From NCBI GenBank assembly GCA_002269645.1, contig NIVC01002294.1, forward strand, positions 122,099 through 186,098: a DNA stretch of 64,000 nucleotides, written 5' to 3'. The position numbers and the translations under genes were made by a program. The stretch is from Macrostomum lignano (taxonomy: Eukaryota). The notes under the pieces are model-generated. The model worked only from the letters and a program-made list of their open reading frames with translations, was not told the DNA's origin and searched no databases. Shown here piece after piece: positions 33,961-46,984 of this stretch; positions within the stretch are counted from its first letter, which is position 1, and the number at the start of each line of letters is the position of its first letter.

Positions 33961-34327
33961 CTGCTCAGCTCCAACTCACTTCTTCGAGCCCGCGGTGCCC
34001 GCGAACGAATTGGCGGGGTGCAGCGCCACATTCGAGTCGTCGTAGGCTCGCTTCGCGTGCGAGTGGTCTGCGGGAACGGGAAAAGTGTGTACTTTTGCCC
34101 GCGTACTTTTATTTGTGTACTTTTCCCGCTTCCATGCTTGTAATTGTAAATGTGTACTTTTGTTTTTGTACTTTTGTGACTCATTTTACTTGCCTTCTTT
34201 ATGTATGCAATTTAAAATGCTGTATTTGGTTCACGCGCTCAATTTTAATCCTGCACTTTTGCTTGTGTCTGAAGTTTGCCCTGTTGTACTTTAACACTCA
34301 TTCACTAGCCGGGGAGCCCGAACTCAC

Positions 34328-34468
34328 CCACAGCCGGCTGCCCGTTCTCCACACTCAGCTGATCGTCAAGTCGGGTTTTGTCCTTCACAGAGCGCAGCAC
34401 CTGGCTCATCTCCTCCTCGAAGCTGCTGTAGTCCAGGGCGCAGTACCGGCCGCGCCAGGCGATGTAGC
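34328..34468 (-). CDS. R e26
   Basis: Mirror of 28696-28836. Confidence 0.8.
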
Positions 34469-34555
34469 CTGCGGAGCAGGAGGGGCATCGAGAGAGCGTC
34501 AGTTGCCATGGCAACGGCTGAATAAAAATTGAATTCGTATTAATTAATAATTTAC

Positions 34556-34630
34556 CTTCGGAGTGCACAGCCACAAAGAATGGCACGCCAACAATGTGGA
34601 AGGCCTCGGCGGTGGACATCGGCTCATCGT
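34556..34630 (-). CDS. R e25
   Basis: Mirror of 28535-28609. Confidence 0.8.
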
Positions 34631-34634
34631 CTGC

Positions 34635-35265
34635 GGGCGCCAAGGGTGAAGGCATTGCAGTCTGGTAGCTTTGGGCGCCAAGGGTGAAGGACATTGCAGT
34701 CTGGTAGCTTTGGGCGCCAAGGGTGAAGGACATTGCAGTCTGGTAGCTTTGGGCGCCAAGGGTCAAGGACATTGCAGTCTGGTAGCTTCGGGCGCCAAGG
34801 GTGCAGGACACTGCAGTCTGATGGTAGCTTTGGGCGCCAAGGGTGAAGGACATTGCAGTCTGGTAGCTTTGGGCGCCAAGGGTGAAGGACATTGCAGTCT
34901 GGTAGCTTTGGGCGCCAAGGGTGAAGGACATTGCAGTCTGGTAGCTTTGGGCGCCAGGGGTGAAGGACACTGCAGTCTGGTAGCTTTGGGCGCCAAGGGT
35001 CAAGGACATTGCAGTCTGGTAGCTTTGGGCGCCAGGGTGAAGGACACTGCAGTCTGGTAGCTTTGGGCGCCAAGGGTGAAGGACATTGCAGTCTGGTAGC
35101 TTTGGGCGCCAAGGGTGAAGGACATTGCAGTCTGGTAGCACTGGGCGCCAAGGGTGAAGGACATTGCAGTCTGGTAGCACTGGGCGCCAAGGGTGAAGGA
35201 CATTGCAGTCTGGTAGCTTTGGGCGCCAAGGGTGAAGGACATTGCAGTCTGGTAGCTCTGGACCC
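34635..35265. repeat. 39-bp VNTR (mirror)
   Basis: Reverse complement of 27905-28530. Confidence 0.95.
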
Positions 35266-35699
35266 GCACTATAGGAAAGAGACTCGCACAGCACTTTTGA
35301 GCTTGTGTCAAACTTTTACAGTAGAGCCTGTGAAATCGATCAGATCGCAGCCCTATTCAAAGACTCCTGGCTGAGCGCGTTTGCACAACAAATATTCACG
35401 CCATAAATGCGGGGTGGTGAAAGGTGAGATGCTTCATCTGAGTTCAATAAGCAGCTGAAGGAGCAGTCAGCCACAAGAGCCGACTGCTGAGTAGAGCTAA
35501 AGTACACCGAGCACAACACCGATGTGTGACGACTTTTCAAAGCCCGAACTCACCAGCTCGAGAGCGGCCTTTTTTCGGCACTGGAAAATTGGGTGCCACA
35601 TTTTGCAAACTTGGGTCAGCATGGGGTTGCAGTGGCACTTTTTGGCTCAGGCACCTGAATGACTCACTTTGACCTGCTGACTCCTTGGATTGCCCTGCC

Positions 35700-36180
35700 C
35701 GATGACTCACTTGACCCACCGCTCTGCCCGATGACGCACTTGACCCACCATCCTGCCCGATGGCTCACTTGACCCACCGCTCTGCCCGATGGCTCACTTG
35801 ACCCACCCCCTACCCGATGATTCACTCTGCCCGGTAACTCACTTGACTCACCCACTGCCCAATGACTCACTTGACCCACCCACTGCCCGATGACTCACTT
35901 GACCCACCCACTGCCCGATGATTCACTCTGCCCGATGACTCACTTTACCCACCGCTCTGCCCAATGACTCACTTGACCCACCGCTCTGCCCGATGACTCA
36001 CTTGACCCACCGCTCTGCCCAATGACTCACTTGACCCACTTCTCTGCCCAATGACTCACTTGACCCACTATCCTGCCCGATGACTCACTTGACCCACTTC
36101 CCTGCCCGATGACTCCCTTGACCCACCGCTCTGTCCGATGACTCACTTAAGCCCCCCTGCCCGATGACTCACTTGACCCT
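35700..36180. repeat. 29-bp VNTR (mirror)
   Basis: Reverse complement of 26995-27510. Confidence 0.9.
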
Positions 36181-36582
36181 TTGACCCGGTCAACAGCATA
36201 GACGTGGGTGAGTCCGTCAGTCTCCAGCGCCAGCTCCTTGATGCAGTGCTGCAGGGCGCTCCGCTCGTGCGCATTGTCGAACCGCTGCGTTGCTATGGCA
36301 ACGAAGTCGAATTGCCTACGCAGTTCGGCGGCCAGGCGGACGAAGAACTTGACGTAGCGGATGGAGGCCACGCACCAGCGGGTCCAGAAGCACAGCAGCG
36401 TGACGCTCTTCGGGCCGCCTGGCGGGAACAGCCGCTGCCGCTCCCCGCCAGGCAGCTGCTGCACGTGGGCGGCCGGGGCCGGCACGAATTGGTTGAGGAA
36501 GCCCGGGTTGTAGTAGTTCAGGAAGTTGCGGCGCTCCACCGCCAGCGTCTCCTGGTACAGGCAGCAGCCCTTCTTGGGCCAC
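36173..36582 (-). CDS. R e24: thioredoxin-like, FWTRWCVAS
   Basis: Mirror of 26592-27001. Confidence 0.84.
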
Positions 36583-37664
36583 CTGCGACAGCGGGGGGTG
36601 CGGAGCCTTGGATAGACAGTGCTCAGACTCCTGCCGTTTCATCCCATCTCTCTCCATCACTTGTATCTAATCTATCCACCTCTGTCCCTCTCTCTATCTT
36701 TTCATATGTATCTAATCTTCATCTAATCTGTCTCCCTCTATCCCTCTCTTCTCTCACCCTCTCTCCCATCAGCCTCAGCCGCATTCCAGATTCCAGAGTT
36801 GCCCAGCGCATTAGAAGCAGTTCAGCCCAACAAGCAGCGCTGATCAATCTGGTTCAGTTCAGCGCCCTGAAAAGGCTTCACTATTCAAACTGAAAAGCTT
36901 CACAAGAATGACACAGAAATGAATGCCAGGCGCCTCGCACGAATTCCTTCCTTCCGCCAAAGCCGCCTGAATGACGCAGCAAAACGCGCGCTTCCTCTGA
37001 CGGCCTCCGCCAAAAATGGCATCGCGGACGAGGCGACATTCCCCCCCCCCATGACACTGCCGCCTGCCCGTTCCGCCATCTTCCTGTCGTAATTCGCGCT
37101 TCTCTGGGACTCCCGGCTGCCAGTTCCCCAAGCCCCAATTTGCGTATCCCACATCCCATTGTGCTGCAGCCAGCTCAGGCACTCAAAGCAAATTCGGGAT
37201 TTCCTACAGCCTCAGAGGGTGGGACGCTGCGGGGTGCGACGCTAATGCGAGTTGACTGCGGGAGGCCCCCAGGGGCGGCCGCTGCCTGACAGGAATTCCG
37301 TGCAGGGGATCGGGGAGACAAGACAGGCAGAGAGCCTCGGAGAGCAGGGGATATCTTCCCCATTCAGAGCCATTGTGCCTATGGGATCATTCACAGCCGG
37401 CTGTGGCGGCGCCAGCTTGCGGCGAAGGAGCTGCTTTTCCTAGAAAGCTGGGCAGCCGCTGATCGCGAAGCGACCCTGCCGCCTTCTTCGCCATTGTTCC
37501 TACAGGGGGATTTGCTAGCTGAGCCCTCCCGTAATCCCTGATTTCCCTGATTGCCCAGGCCGCAGCATTCGGCAAAAATAAACAGAAGTCACCCAAGTTA
37601 ACTTCTCACTTCGTTTCGGTTGAACTTCAGTGCGCAGAGGGGCCTGACTTGGCGAACTCTGGCC

Positions 37665-39450
37665 CGACTCAGCAGCTAGACTCAGCAGCTAGACTCAGCA
37701 ACTAGACTCAGCAGCTAGACTCAGCAACTAGACTCAGCTACTAGACTCAGCAACTAGACTCAGCTACTAGACTCAGCAACTAGACTCAGCGACTAGACTC
37801 AGCAACTAGACTCAGCAGCTAGACTCAGCAACTAGACTCAGCAACTAGACTCAGCAACTCGACTCAGCAACTAGACTTAGCAACTAGACTCAGCAACTAA
37901 ACTCAGCAACTAGACTCAGCAACTAGATTCAGCAACTAGACTCAGCAAGTAGACTCAGCAGCTAGACTCAGCAACTAAACTCAGCAACTAGACTCAGCAA
38001 CTAAACTCAGCAACTAGACTCAGCAACTAGATTCAGCAACTTGACCCAGCAACTAGACTCAGCAACTAGACTCAGCAACTAAACTCAGCAACTAGACTCA
38101 GCAACTAGACTCAGCAGCTAGACTCAGCAACTAGACTCAGCTACTAGACTCAGCAACTAGACTCAGCGACTAGACTTAGCAAATAGACTCAGCAACTAAA
38201 CTCAGTAACTAGACTCAGCAACTAGATTCAGCAGCTAGACTCAGCAACAAGACTCAGCAACTAGACTCAGCAACTAAACTCAGTAACTAGACTCAGCAAC
38301 TAGATTCAGCAGCTAGACTCAGCAACAAGACTCAGCAACTAGACTCAGCAACTAGACTCAGCAACTAGACTCAGCAACTAGACTCAGCAGCTAGACTCAG
38401 CAACTAGACTCAGCAGCTAGACTCAGCAACTAGACTCAGCAACTAGACTCAGCAACTAGACTCAGCTACTAGACTCAGCAACTAGACTCAGCGACTAGAC
38501 TCAGCAACTAGACTCAGCAGCTAGACTCAGCAACTAGACTCAGCAACTAGACTCAGCAACTAGACTCAGCAACTAGACTTAGCAACTAGACTCAGCAACT
38601 AAACTCAGCAACTAGACTCAGCAACTAGATTCAGCAACTAGACTCAGCAAGTAGACTCAGCAGCTAGACTCAGCAACTAGACTCAGCAGCTAGACTCAGC
38701 AACTAAACTCAGCAACTAGACTCAGCAACTAGATTCAGCAACTTGACTCAGCAACTAGACTCAGCAACTAGACTCAGCAACAAGACTCAGCAGCTAGACT
38801 CAGCAACTAGACTCAGCAGCTAGACTCAGCAACTAGACTCAGCTACTAGACTCAGCAACTAGACTCAGCGACTAGACTCAGCAACTAGACTCAGCAGCTA
38901 GACTCAGCAACTAGACTCAGCAACTAGACTCAGCAACTAGACTCAGCAACTAGACTTAGCAACTCGACTCAGCAACTAAACTCAGCAACTAGACTCAGCA
39001 ACTAGATTCAGCAACTAGACTCAGCAAGTAGACTCAGCAGCTAGACTCAGCAACTCGACTCAGCAACTAGACTCAGCAACTAAACTCAGCAACTAGACTC
39101 AGCAACTAGATTCAGCAACTTGACTCAGCAACTAGACTCAGCAACTAGACTCAGCAACTAGACTCAGCAGCTAGACTCAGCAACTAGACTCAGCAGCTAG
39201 ACTCAGCAACTAGACTCAGCTACTAGACTCAGCAACTAGACTCAGCAACTAGACTCAGCAACTAGACTCAGCAACTAGACTCAGCAACTAGACTCAGCGA
39301 CTAGACTCAGCAACTAGACTCAGCAACTAGACTCAGCGACTAGACTCAGCGACTCGACTCAGCGACTCGACTCAGCAATTAGACTCAGTAACTAGACTCA
39401 GCAACTAGACTCAGTAACTAGACTCAGCAACTAGACTCAGCAACTCGACT
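37665..39450. repeat. 13-bp VNTR aactagactcagc (mirror, longer)
   Basis: About 1.8 kb. Confidence 0.96.
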
Positions 39451-39469
39451 TCTCAGTAACAGGACTCAC

Positions 39470-39810
39470 TTCTCTCCGCAGTGAACCTCGTGAATGCAGT
39501 AGAAGGCCATGGGCTGGAACGGGTCTGTCAGCACCTCGACTACGTTGCTCTCCGGTGACTGTGTGCCCTGGGACTCGCACAGCGCCACCATGCTGACTGC
39601 GTGACTGGGCCGGTCTGTGCTCAGCTTGATCCGCACGCTGGACATGCCCTGATGCAGCGCCGAGCCGTACTGCCGGCCGTCCACCAGAACCCGGTAGCCC
39701 GACAGCGGCACCTCCTGGTTGGACTGCGGGCAGGCCCAGGACACCTGCAGCACGAGCTCTCCAGTGTAGGCCTCCAGCGACTTGAAGCAGTCCTCCAGGG
39801 AGTCCATGAT
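39470..39810 (-). CDS. R e23: FN3
   Basis: Mirror of 23902-24242. Confidence 0.88.
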
Positions 39811-39889
39811 CTGCGCGGGTGGCGGCGGGGTCATTCAGTGCACAGTTGAAGGGCAACCCGCATCAGCTGAGCGCGCATGCCGAGGCAGC

Positions 39890-40275
39890 CGCCACAGCAA
39901 ACAGATTACTGAAATCCCCAGCTGCCTCAGATGAACCGGCGCTCCCACCTGCCGCAGGGATTGAAGCTGCCACAGCAAACAGATTACTGAAATCCCCAGC
40001 TGCCTCAGATGAACTGGCGCTCCCACCTGCCGCAGGGATTGAAGCTGCCACAGCAAACAGATTACTGAAATCCCCAGCTGCCTCAGATGAACCGGCGCTC
40101 CCACCTGCCGCAGGGATTGAAGCTGCCACAGCAAACAGATTACTGAAATCCCCAGCTGCCTCAGATGAACTGGCGCTCCCACCTGCCGCAGGGATTGAAG
40201 CTGCCACAGCAAACAGATTACTGAAATCCCCAGCTGCCTCAGATGAACTGGCGCTCCCACCTGCCGCAGGGATTA
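39890..40275. repeat. 78-bp repeat x5 (mirror)
   Basis: Reverse complement of 23436-23830. Confidence 0.93.
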
Positions 40276-41259
40276 AAGCTGTGCTCAGCGGGGCGCGCCA
40301 AGCACTCAGCCAGCTCGCTTCCCGGCCGAAAAAGTGCAGCAAAATGAATTATGCAGATTCATCGTTTGCTGTGCAGCCTCCAGACAGATGAGGGGGTGAG
40401 GATTCTGGGGCGGGGCTTCCAGCCCACCCGACTGCAGCCTCCCCACTTGCTAATGATTTCGGGACTAAAAAGCAATCCGCCTCTTTCTTAGCTTCATCTG
40501 CTTCTGCTCGAGCGTGTCTTACGTGAAGAAATTTCAATTAAAAAATTAATGAGGCTTTTAATGAAGACAGGGATTTATTTCCCAGTGTAAGAAACTCTTC
40601 AAAGCGATCAGTCAATCACAATTACTTCATGGTGAAAACCGGCAAGAAGCGTCTGCTAAGAAAATAACGTCAATCTAAACCTCGATTATGAAATCTCTAA
40701 CTGCTAGATGAAGATGCGGGAAGACTTTCTAAGAAATCGAAGGCTCCTCCTGCGGACAGTTGAGTGGGAGTTCTGCAGATGGTTGTCTTCATTCAACAGT
40801 TCGTTAAAGCATCATTTGAAAACACATAAACATTCCCCAGAGATCTGTTCTTGACAAGGGAAGCTCGGAAAATGGCAGGAAAACCGGCACGAGAATTTCA
40901 TGCTCTCGCGCAAATAGAATTTAAATTTAGGCACTGCCTGCTCAGCAACTGAGTCTGACGATTAATTGAATTGATAATTCTGGATTTCTACTCAAGCGTG
41001 ACGAAGGCCTGAGTTGATTCGTGAACTATTTATTTATTTCAGGATGATTTTAGAAATTTGAAAATCGCTTTTCATTGTTTCATTCAGTCGGGGAGTCGCT
41101 GCAAGCACAGGATACTCGAGCTCTTGTGTTCATTTTAATGCACACGGATCTCCTGCCTACTAATCCTGCGTAGGCGTGTCCGCTCTACTCAAAGTAGTGG
41201 CAGTCAATACTTTCCTTGCCTCAGTTTACTGGGCCTTGGACATACAGGCGCAGGCCCAA

Positions 41260-41760
41260 CTGATGAGGATGTCGATGAGGATGTCGGATGAGGATGTTGG
41301 ATGAGGGTGTCGGATGAGGATGTCGATGAGTGTGTCGATGAATGTGTCGGATGAGAGTGTCGGATGAGGATGTCGATGAGGATGTCGGATGAGGATGTTG
41401 GATGAGGATGTCGGATGAGGATGTTGGATGAGGATGTCGGATGAGGATGTTGGATGAGGGTGTCGGATGAGGATGTCGATGAGGATGTCGATGAGTGTGT
41501 CGGATGAGGGTGTCGGATGAGGATGTCGGATGAGGATGTCGATGAGTGTGTCGGATGAGGGTGTCGGATGAGGGTGTCGGATGAGGATGTCGGATGAGGA
41601 TGTCGATGAGTGTGTCGGATGAGGGTGTCGGATGAGGATGTCGATGAGTGTGTCGTATGAGGATGTTGATGAGGATGTCGATGAGTGTGTCGGATGAGGA
41701 GGTCGATGGGAATGTCTATGAGGATGTTGATGAGGGTGTGGATGAGGGTGTTGATGAGGG
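41260..41760. repeat. gatgaggatgtcg-type minisatellite (mirror)
   Basis: Direct reading. Confidence 0.88.
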
Positions 41761-41789
41761 TGTTGCTGTTATCAGCAGCCCGTACTCAC

Positions 41790-42344
41790 CTGATTGTAGG
41801 TCTCCGTGTACTTCGCCAGCAGCTGTGTCTCCTCCAGCGTCTTTGTCGGCAGCATGTGGATGTTGTGGATCCGCCGCACATGGCGGTCCCGCCGATTCAC
41901 CAGCCGGCAGACAGTGGCCTCGAGTTGCCGGCGCTGCTCCAGGCCGACCACCGACACTGTGACCGTCGGCGGGTCCGGGGTCAGAGTCGGCTGCACTGTC
42001 AGGGCCGCGGACAGCACAGCCATCTGGGTGCCGTGCAGCTGCACCTCCAGCTGCAGGTGGTAGGTGCCCGAGCGCAGCCCCGTCACCTCCGCCTCCCGAG
42101 TCTCCGGGTGCAGCGGGCCGACTACGCGGATCACCTGGCCCGTGTCGGCCAGCTTGCAGATAAGGCGGAACTGCTTCAGCTTGACGCCCTCCGTCAGGAA
42201 CGGCGCCGGCCAGGCGACCCGGGCGGCGCCGCTGACGGAGCCGGCGAGGGGCCGCAGCTCGCCGGGCAGGCAGCCGGGCCACGTGACGAGCAGGCTGTCG
42301 CTGGGCTTGCTGTTGAAGCGGGGGTCATTGCTGATGGCCTGCAC
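41790..42344 (-). CDS. R e22: FN3 plus helical insert
   Basis: Mirror of 21488-22042. Confidence 0.88.
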
Positions 42345-42656
42345 CTGTAGGGGGTGTCGGGGCGGAGTTTTGGGGAGTTAGTTGTTTGCCAGTTACTGTC
42401 AAATGTGCTTGTTCCGTGATGTACAATGTGGTGTGTCAGTGATGTGTCAGCGATGTGTCGGTCATGTGTCAGAGATGTGTCGGTAATGTGTCAGCGATGT
42501 GTCGGTAATGTGTCAGAGATGTGTCAGAGATTTGCCGGTAATGTGTCAGCGATGTGTCGGTAATGTGTCAGCGATGTGTCGGTAATGTGTCAGAGATGTG
42601 CCGGTAATGTGTCAGTTGGGTCTCTGCTAAAAAACAAGCGGGAGCCACTGTCGTAC

Positions 42657-43835
42657 CTGGAAGCTGTAGTCCTGGCACCAGCGGCCCTTGCAGTAGGTGT
42701 AGCTGGTCTCCCCGGCGCCCAGCGTCTCCTCCACCACCCCGTTGATGAAGACCTTGTAGCCGGCCACGGCAGCGTCTCCGTAGTGCCGCGGCTCCGTCCA
42801 GTGCACGGCGATGTAGGAGAAGTTGCAGGCGCGGAGGCGCAGCAGGGGGGTGTCGATCGGGGCGCAGGTCTGCGCGCGCAGGGCGCGGCTTTTCTCCACG
42901 ACGGCGCGGTTGGAGTCGAGCGCGCTGAGCCGCAGGGAGTAGACGGTGCCGGGCAGCAGGTTCTGCAGCAGGCAGGAGCGCTCCTGGTGCGCCAGCGTCT
43001 CGGTGCGTTCGGCCGGCTGTGCCGGGCTGGACCACTGCAGCGCGAAGCTGTGGATTCCGTCCGGGGGCTGGCAGGCCATCCACTCCACCGTCAGGGTCGA
43101 GTCCGTCCGGGCGCTGACCGTCAGCGGGATCTCCGACAGGTCGCCGGCGAGGGCGTCCCCCTCGGCTTCGGCGTCGGCGAAGTCGGGCGGCGGCGCCTCC
43201 GACACGGCCGGCATGTTGGGGTAGGTGCTGACGAACAGGGGCGCGGACGGCGGCGAGTCGGGAAAGTCGCGGTGGGCGGACAGCGCCACCAGCTGCACCC
43301 GGTAGTGCCTGCTGGCCCGGCAGGGAATCACGGCTCGGCGGTGTGTCGGCTCCAGCGGCTCGCCGGCCGCCTTGCCATTCACCAGCAGCTGGTAGCCGGC
43401 GACGCCAACGCCGCCGAACAGCGCCGGCTCCGACCACTCGACGACGATCTCCCGGTCCGACATCGCGTCCAGGAAAATCTGCGGTGCTGCCGGCGGCCCC
43501 GGCGTGGTGAGCTGCACCTGCTGGACGATCGGCTCGCGGGTCTCCCGGGTCAGCAGCGCCTCCAGGCGGGCCGTGACGACGGCGCCGCGCTCAGAGCACT
43601 CCAGTGCTGCACTGTTGGCGGCGGCGTCCAGCACCCGGCGCTGCGCCCGCGCCGCCTCCCGGTCGGTGCTCCAGGTGACGTTGAACTGCTTCATCTGGCC
43701 TTGGAACTCGTCGTCCAGAGTCCAGCGCAGCCGCACCTCGCCGACGCCTGCGCCACCTGCTTCGTCACCGTCTGGCAGGTGAAACTCGGCGGAGATCTCG
43801 CGGATTGCGGCCAGCTGACCTCCCGGCACCCGCAC
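42657..43835 (-). CDS. R e21: about 4 FN3
   Basis: Mirror of 20097-21275; 7 aa differences. Confidence 0.92.
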
Positions 43836-43844
43836 CTGAGGGGG

Positions 43845-44845
43845 TGGGGCGATTCTCAATGGAGATTCTCTGGGGTGGGGGCGATTCTCAATGGGGGTCT
43901 CTGGGGTGGGGGCGATTCCCAATGGGGGTCTCTGGGGTGGGGGCGATTCTCAATGGAGATTCTCTGGGGTGGGGGCGATTCCCAATGGAGATTCTCTGGG
44001 GTAGAGGCGATTCTCAATGGGGGTCTCTGGAAGCGGGGGCGATTCTCAACGGGGGTCTCTGGAAGCGGGGGCGATTCTCAATGGGTGTCTCTGGAAGCGG
44101 GGCGATTCTCAATGGGGGTCTCTGGAAGCGAGGGCGATTCTCAATGGGTGTCTCTGGAAGCGGGGGCGATTCTCAACGGGGGTCTCTGGAAGCGGGGGCG
44201 ATTCTCAATGGGGGTCACTGGAAGCGGAGGCGATTCTTAATGGGGGTCACTGGAAGCGGGGGCGATTCTCAATGGGGGTCTCTGGAAGCGGGGGCGATTC
44301 TCAATGGGGGTCACTGGAAGCGGGGGCGATTCTCAATGGGGGTCTCTGGAAGCGGGGGCGATTCTCAATGGGTGTCTCTGGAAGCGGGGGCGATTCTCAA
44401 TGGGTGTCTCTGGAAGCGGGGCGATTCTCAATGGGGGTCTCTGGAAGCGAGGGCGATTCTCAAAGGGGGTCACTGGAAGCGGGGGCGATTCTCAATGGGG
44501 GTCACTGGAAGCGGGGGCGATTCTCAATGGGTGTCTCTGGAAGCGGGGCGATTCTCAATGGGGGTCTCTGGAAGCGAGGGCGATTCTCAATGGGGGTCAC
44601 TGGAAGCGGGGCGATTCTTAATGGGGGTCACTGGAAGCGGGGGCGATTCTCAAGGGGGGTCTCTGGAAGCGGGGGCGATTCTCAATGAGGGTCACTGGAA
44701 GCGGGGGCGATTCTCAATGGGGGTCTCTGGAAGCGGGGGCGATTCTCAATGGGGGTCACTGGAAGCGGGGGCGATTCTCAAGGGGGGTCTCTGGAAGCGG
44801 GGGCGATTCTCAATGGGGGTCTCTGGAAGTGGGGGCGATTCTCAG
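43845..44845. repeat. 32-bp VNTR (mirror, about 1 kb)
   Basis: Reverse complement unit of 16530-20090. Confidence 0.95.
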
Positions 44846-44900
44846 TGGGGTTCCTAGACCAATGAGCCCTAGAATTCCTGTCCAAGTCTCGGCCGCTCAC

Positions 44901-45452
44901 CTCCACGGGCTCGCTGAAAGTCTCGTCGGGTTCGTCGGGGTACAGGCAGATCTGCTGCTCCTGCTCGGAGCCGCGGCTCTTCCGCAGCCGCCGGGCCTCC
45001 TTCTTGGCGGCGTCGGTCTGGCTGACGGCCACCAGCACGATGCTGTACAGCTTGCCGGGCCGGCACTTCACCAGCCGGCAGGTCTGGGCGTCGGGCCGCA
45101 GGCTCACGTAGGGCTTGCCGTTGATCTCCAGCCGGTAGCCCTCGATGTGGCAGCGCACGTAGCGCCTCTCGCTGGCCTGCTCGGGCCGCACCACCGCCAG
45201 CGCGTACGGCCGCTCCCAGTGCAGCAGGACGGAGTCCGGCTTCACCGCGGCCACCATGGGGCGGGGCTGGGCCACGTGACACCTGGTGCGCACGAACGCC
45301 GGGTCGCTGGAGACATGCGCCGTGCGCCGATTGCGCAGCTCTTCCTCAGCGGTGGCGCCATCTGCTGACGGGTCCAGCGCCGTCTTGACGCTGACGACGG
45401 CCTCCACTACGATGCGGTACTTCGTGCCCGGGCGAAGTCCTTCTAGGGTCAC
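44901..45452 (-). CDS. R e20: FN3 domains
   Basis: 184 open codons; ag/gt bounded. Confidence 0.9.
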
Positions 45453-45461
45453 CTGGGGAAA

Positions 45462-45655
45462 GTAGAGTAGAGTAGAGTAGAGTAGATGAGAGTTGAGTAG
45501 AGTAGATGAGAATAGAGTAGAGTAGAGCGGAGTAGATTAGAGTAGAGTAGAGTAGAGTAGAGTAGAGTAGATTAGATTAGAGTAGAGTAGAGTAGAGTAG
45601 AGTAGAGTAGAGTAGAGTAGATTAGATTAGAGTAGAGTAGAGTAGAGTAGAGTAG
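45462..45655. repeat. (gtaga)n (mirror)
   Basis: Direct reading. Confidence 0.93.
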
Positions 45656-45663
45656 AACCTCAC

Positions 45664-46107
45664 CTTGGAGTCCTTGGGGTCCAGCGAGACGTAGTCGGCG
45701 GCAGACGGGCCGTCCCAGTCGGACGCCCTGGCGGCGGGCCGGGCGCTGTCGGGCACCTCGGCCCAGCGGACCACCTGGCCGCGCAGGCGGTTGGAGCCGG
45801 TGACGGAGGGCGGCTGCCAGCGCAGCTTCACGGCCTGGTCGGTGAGGCCCGCCAGGCGGATGCGGCCGGGCGCCAGGGTGCCGCTGGTGGTGGCCAGCAG
45901 GTGTGCGGCGGGCATCCAGGCGGAGTCGACGAGGCCGGCGAGTTCAGAGAGGTCGGCAGGCAGCTTGCGGGCCTGGCGGGCGGGGTGGCGCGGCGGCAAC
46001 GACTGTAGCGCCTCCTCGGTGACGGCGCAGACGCGGACGGAGTAGTCGGTGCGCTCGCGGAGGTTCTCGATGAGGGCCCGGGTGGCGTCGGGCATGAGCT
46101 CCAGCAC
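45664..46107 (-). CDS. R e19: FN3 domains
   Basis: Mirror of 15195-15638. Confidence 0.88.
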
Positions 46108-46134
46108 CTGCGGCGGCGGAGACTCTCCCGTCAG

Positions 46135-46525
46135 TCCCGAATCCAAAATATCAGTCCCGAATCCCAATTATTAGTCCCGAATCCCAAATATCAGTCCCGA
46201 ATCCCAATTATTAGTCCCGAATCCCAAATATCAGTCCCGAATCCAAATTATCAGTCCCGAATCCCAAATATCAGTCCCGAATCCCAATTATCAGTCCCGA
46301 ATCCCAAATATCAATCCTGAATCCCAATTATCAGTCCCGAATCCCAAATATCAGTCCCGAATCCCAATTATTAGTCCCGAATCCCAAATATCAGTCCCGA
46401 ATCCCAATTACAAGTCCCAAATCCCAATTATCAGTCCCGAATCAAAATTATCAGTCTCGAATATCAAATATCAGTCCCGAATCCCAATTATCAGTCCCGA
46501 GTCCCAATTATCAGTCCCGAGTCCC
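46135..46525. repeat. 20-bp VNTR (mirror, shorter)
   Basis: Direct reading. Confidence 0.94.
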
Positions 46526-46559
46526 AACAGTCCGGAACCCCATCAGTCCCAAGTCCCAC

Positions 46560-46984
46560 CTGGAGCTCCCCAGCAGTGGCGCCGGCGGCGGGCGCGCACT
46601 CCACGCGGATGCCGATGACCTCGGAGCCGCGCTCAACAGGGGGGTCCCAGGCCACCAGGAGGCTGCAGCAGGTGGTGGCGGTGACGCCGAGGTTTCTGGG
46701 CGGCAGCGGCGGCTCGGCGGTGCGGAGGCTCAGCCGCTGCGGCCGGCTGCTGACGATGACGGTGCCGCCTCCGTCCTCCTGGCGCTGCTCGCAGCGGGCC
46801 TCGACAACGACGGTGTAGGCGGTGGCGGGCGCGAGGCCCTTGAGCAGGGCGAAGTCCTCCGGGGTGCTGGCGCTGTTGACTTCGCGGTCTGGCGAGCTGC
46901 CCGGCCACCAGGTGATCTGGTAGTGCGTCGGCTGGATGAAGTGCAGCTTCCCGGATGTACCTGGCGGTAAGGCGGCAGGGCTCT
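46560..46984 (-). CDS. R e18: FN3 domains
   Basis: Mirror of 13638-14062. Confidence 0.87.

Noticed and set aside
39819-40830. Possible decayed ORF continuing after the 78-bp repeat
   Set aside because: Stop density in the AT-rich part is about what chance predicts; no recognisable motif
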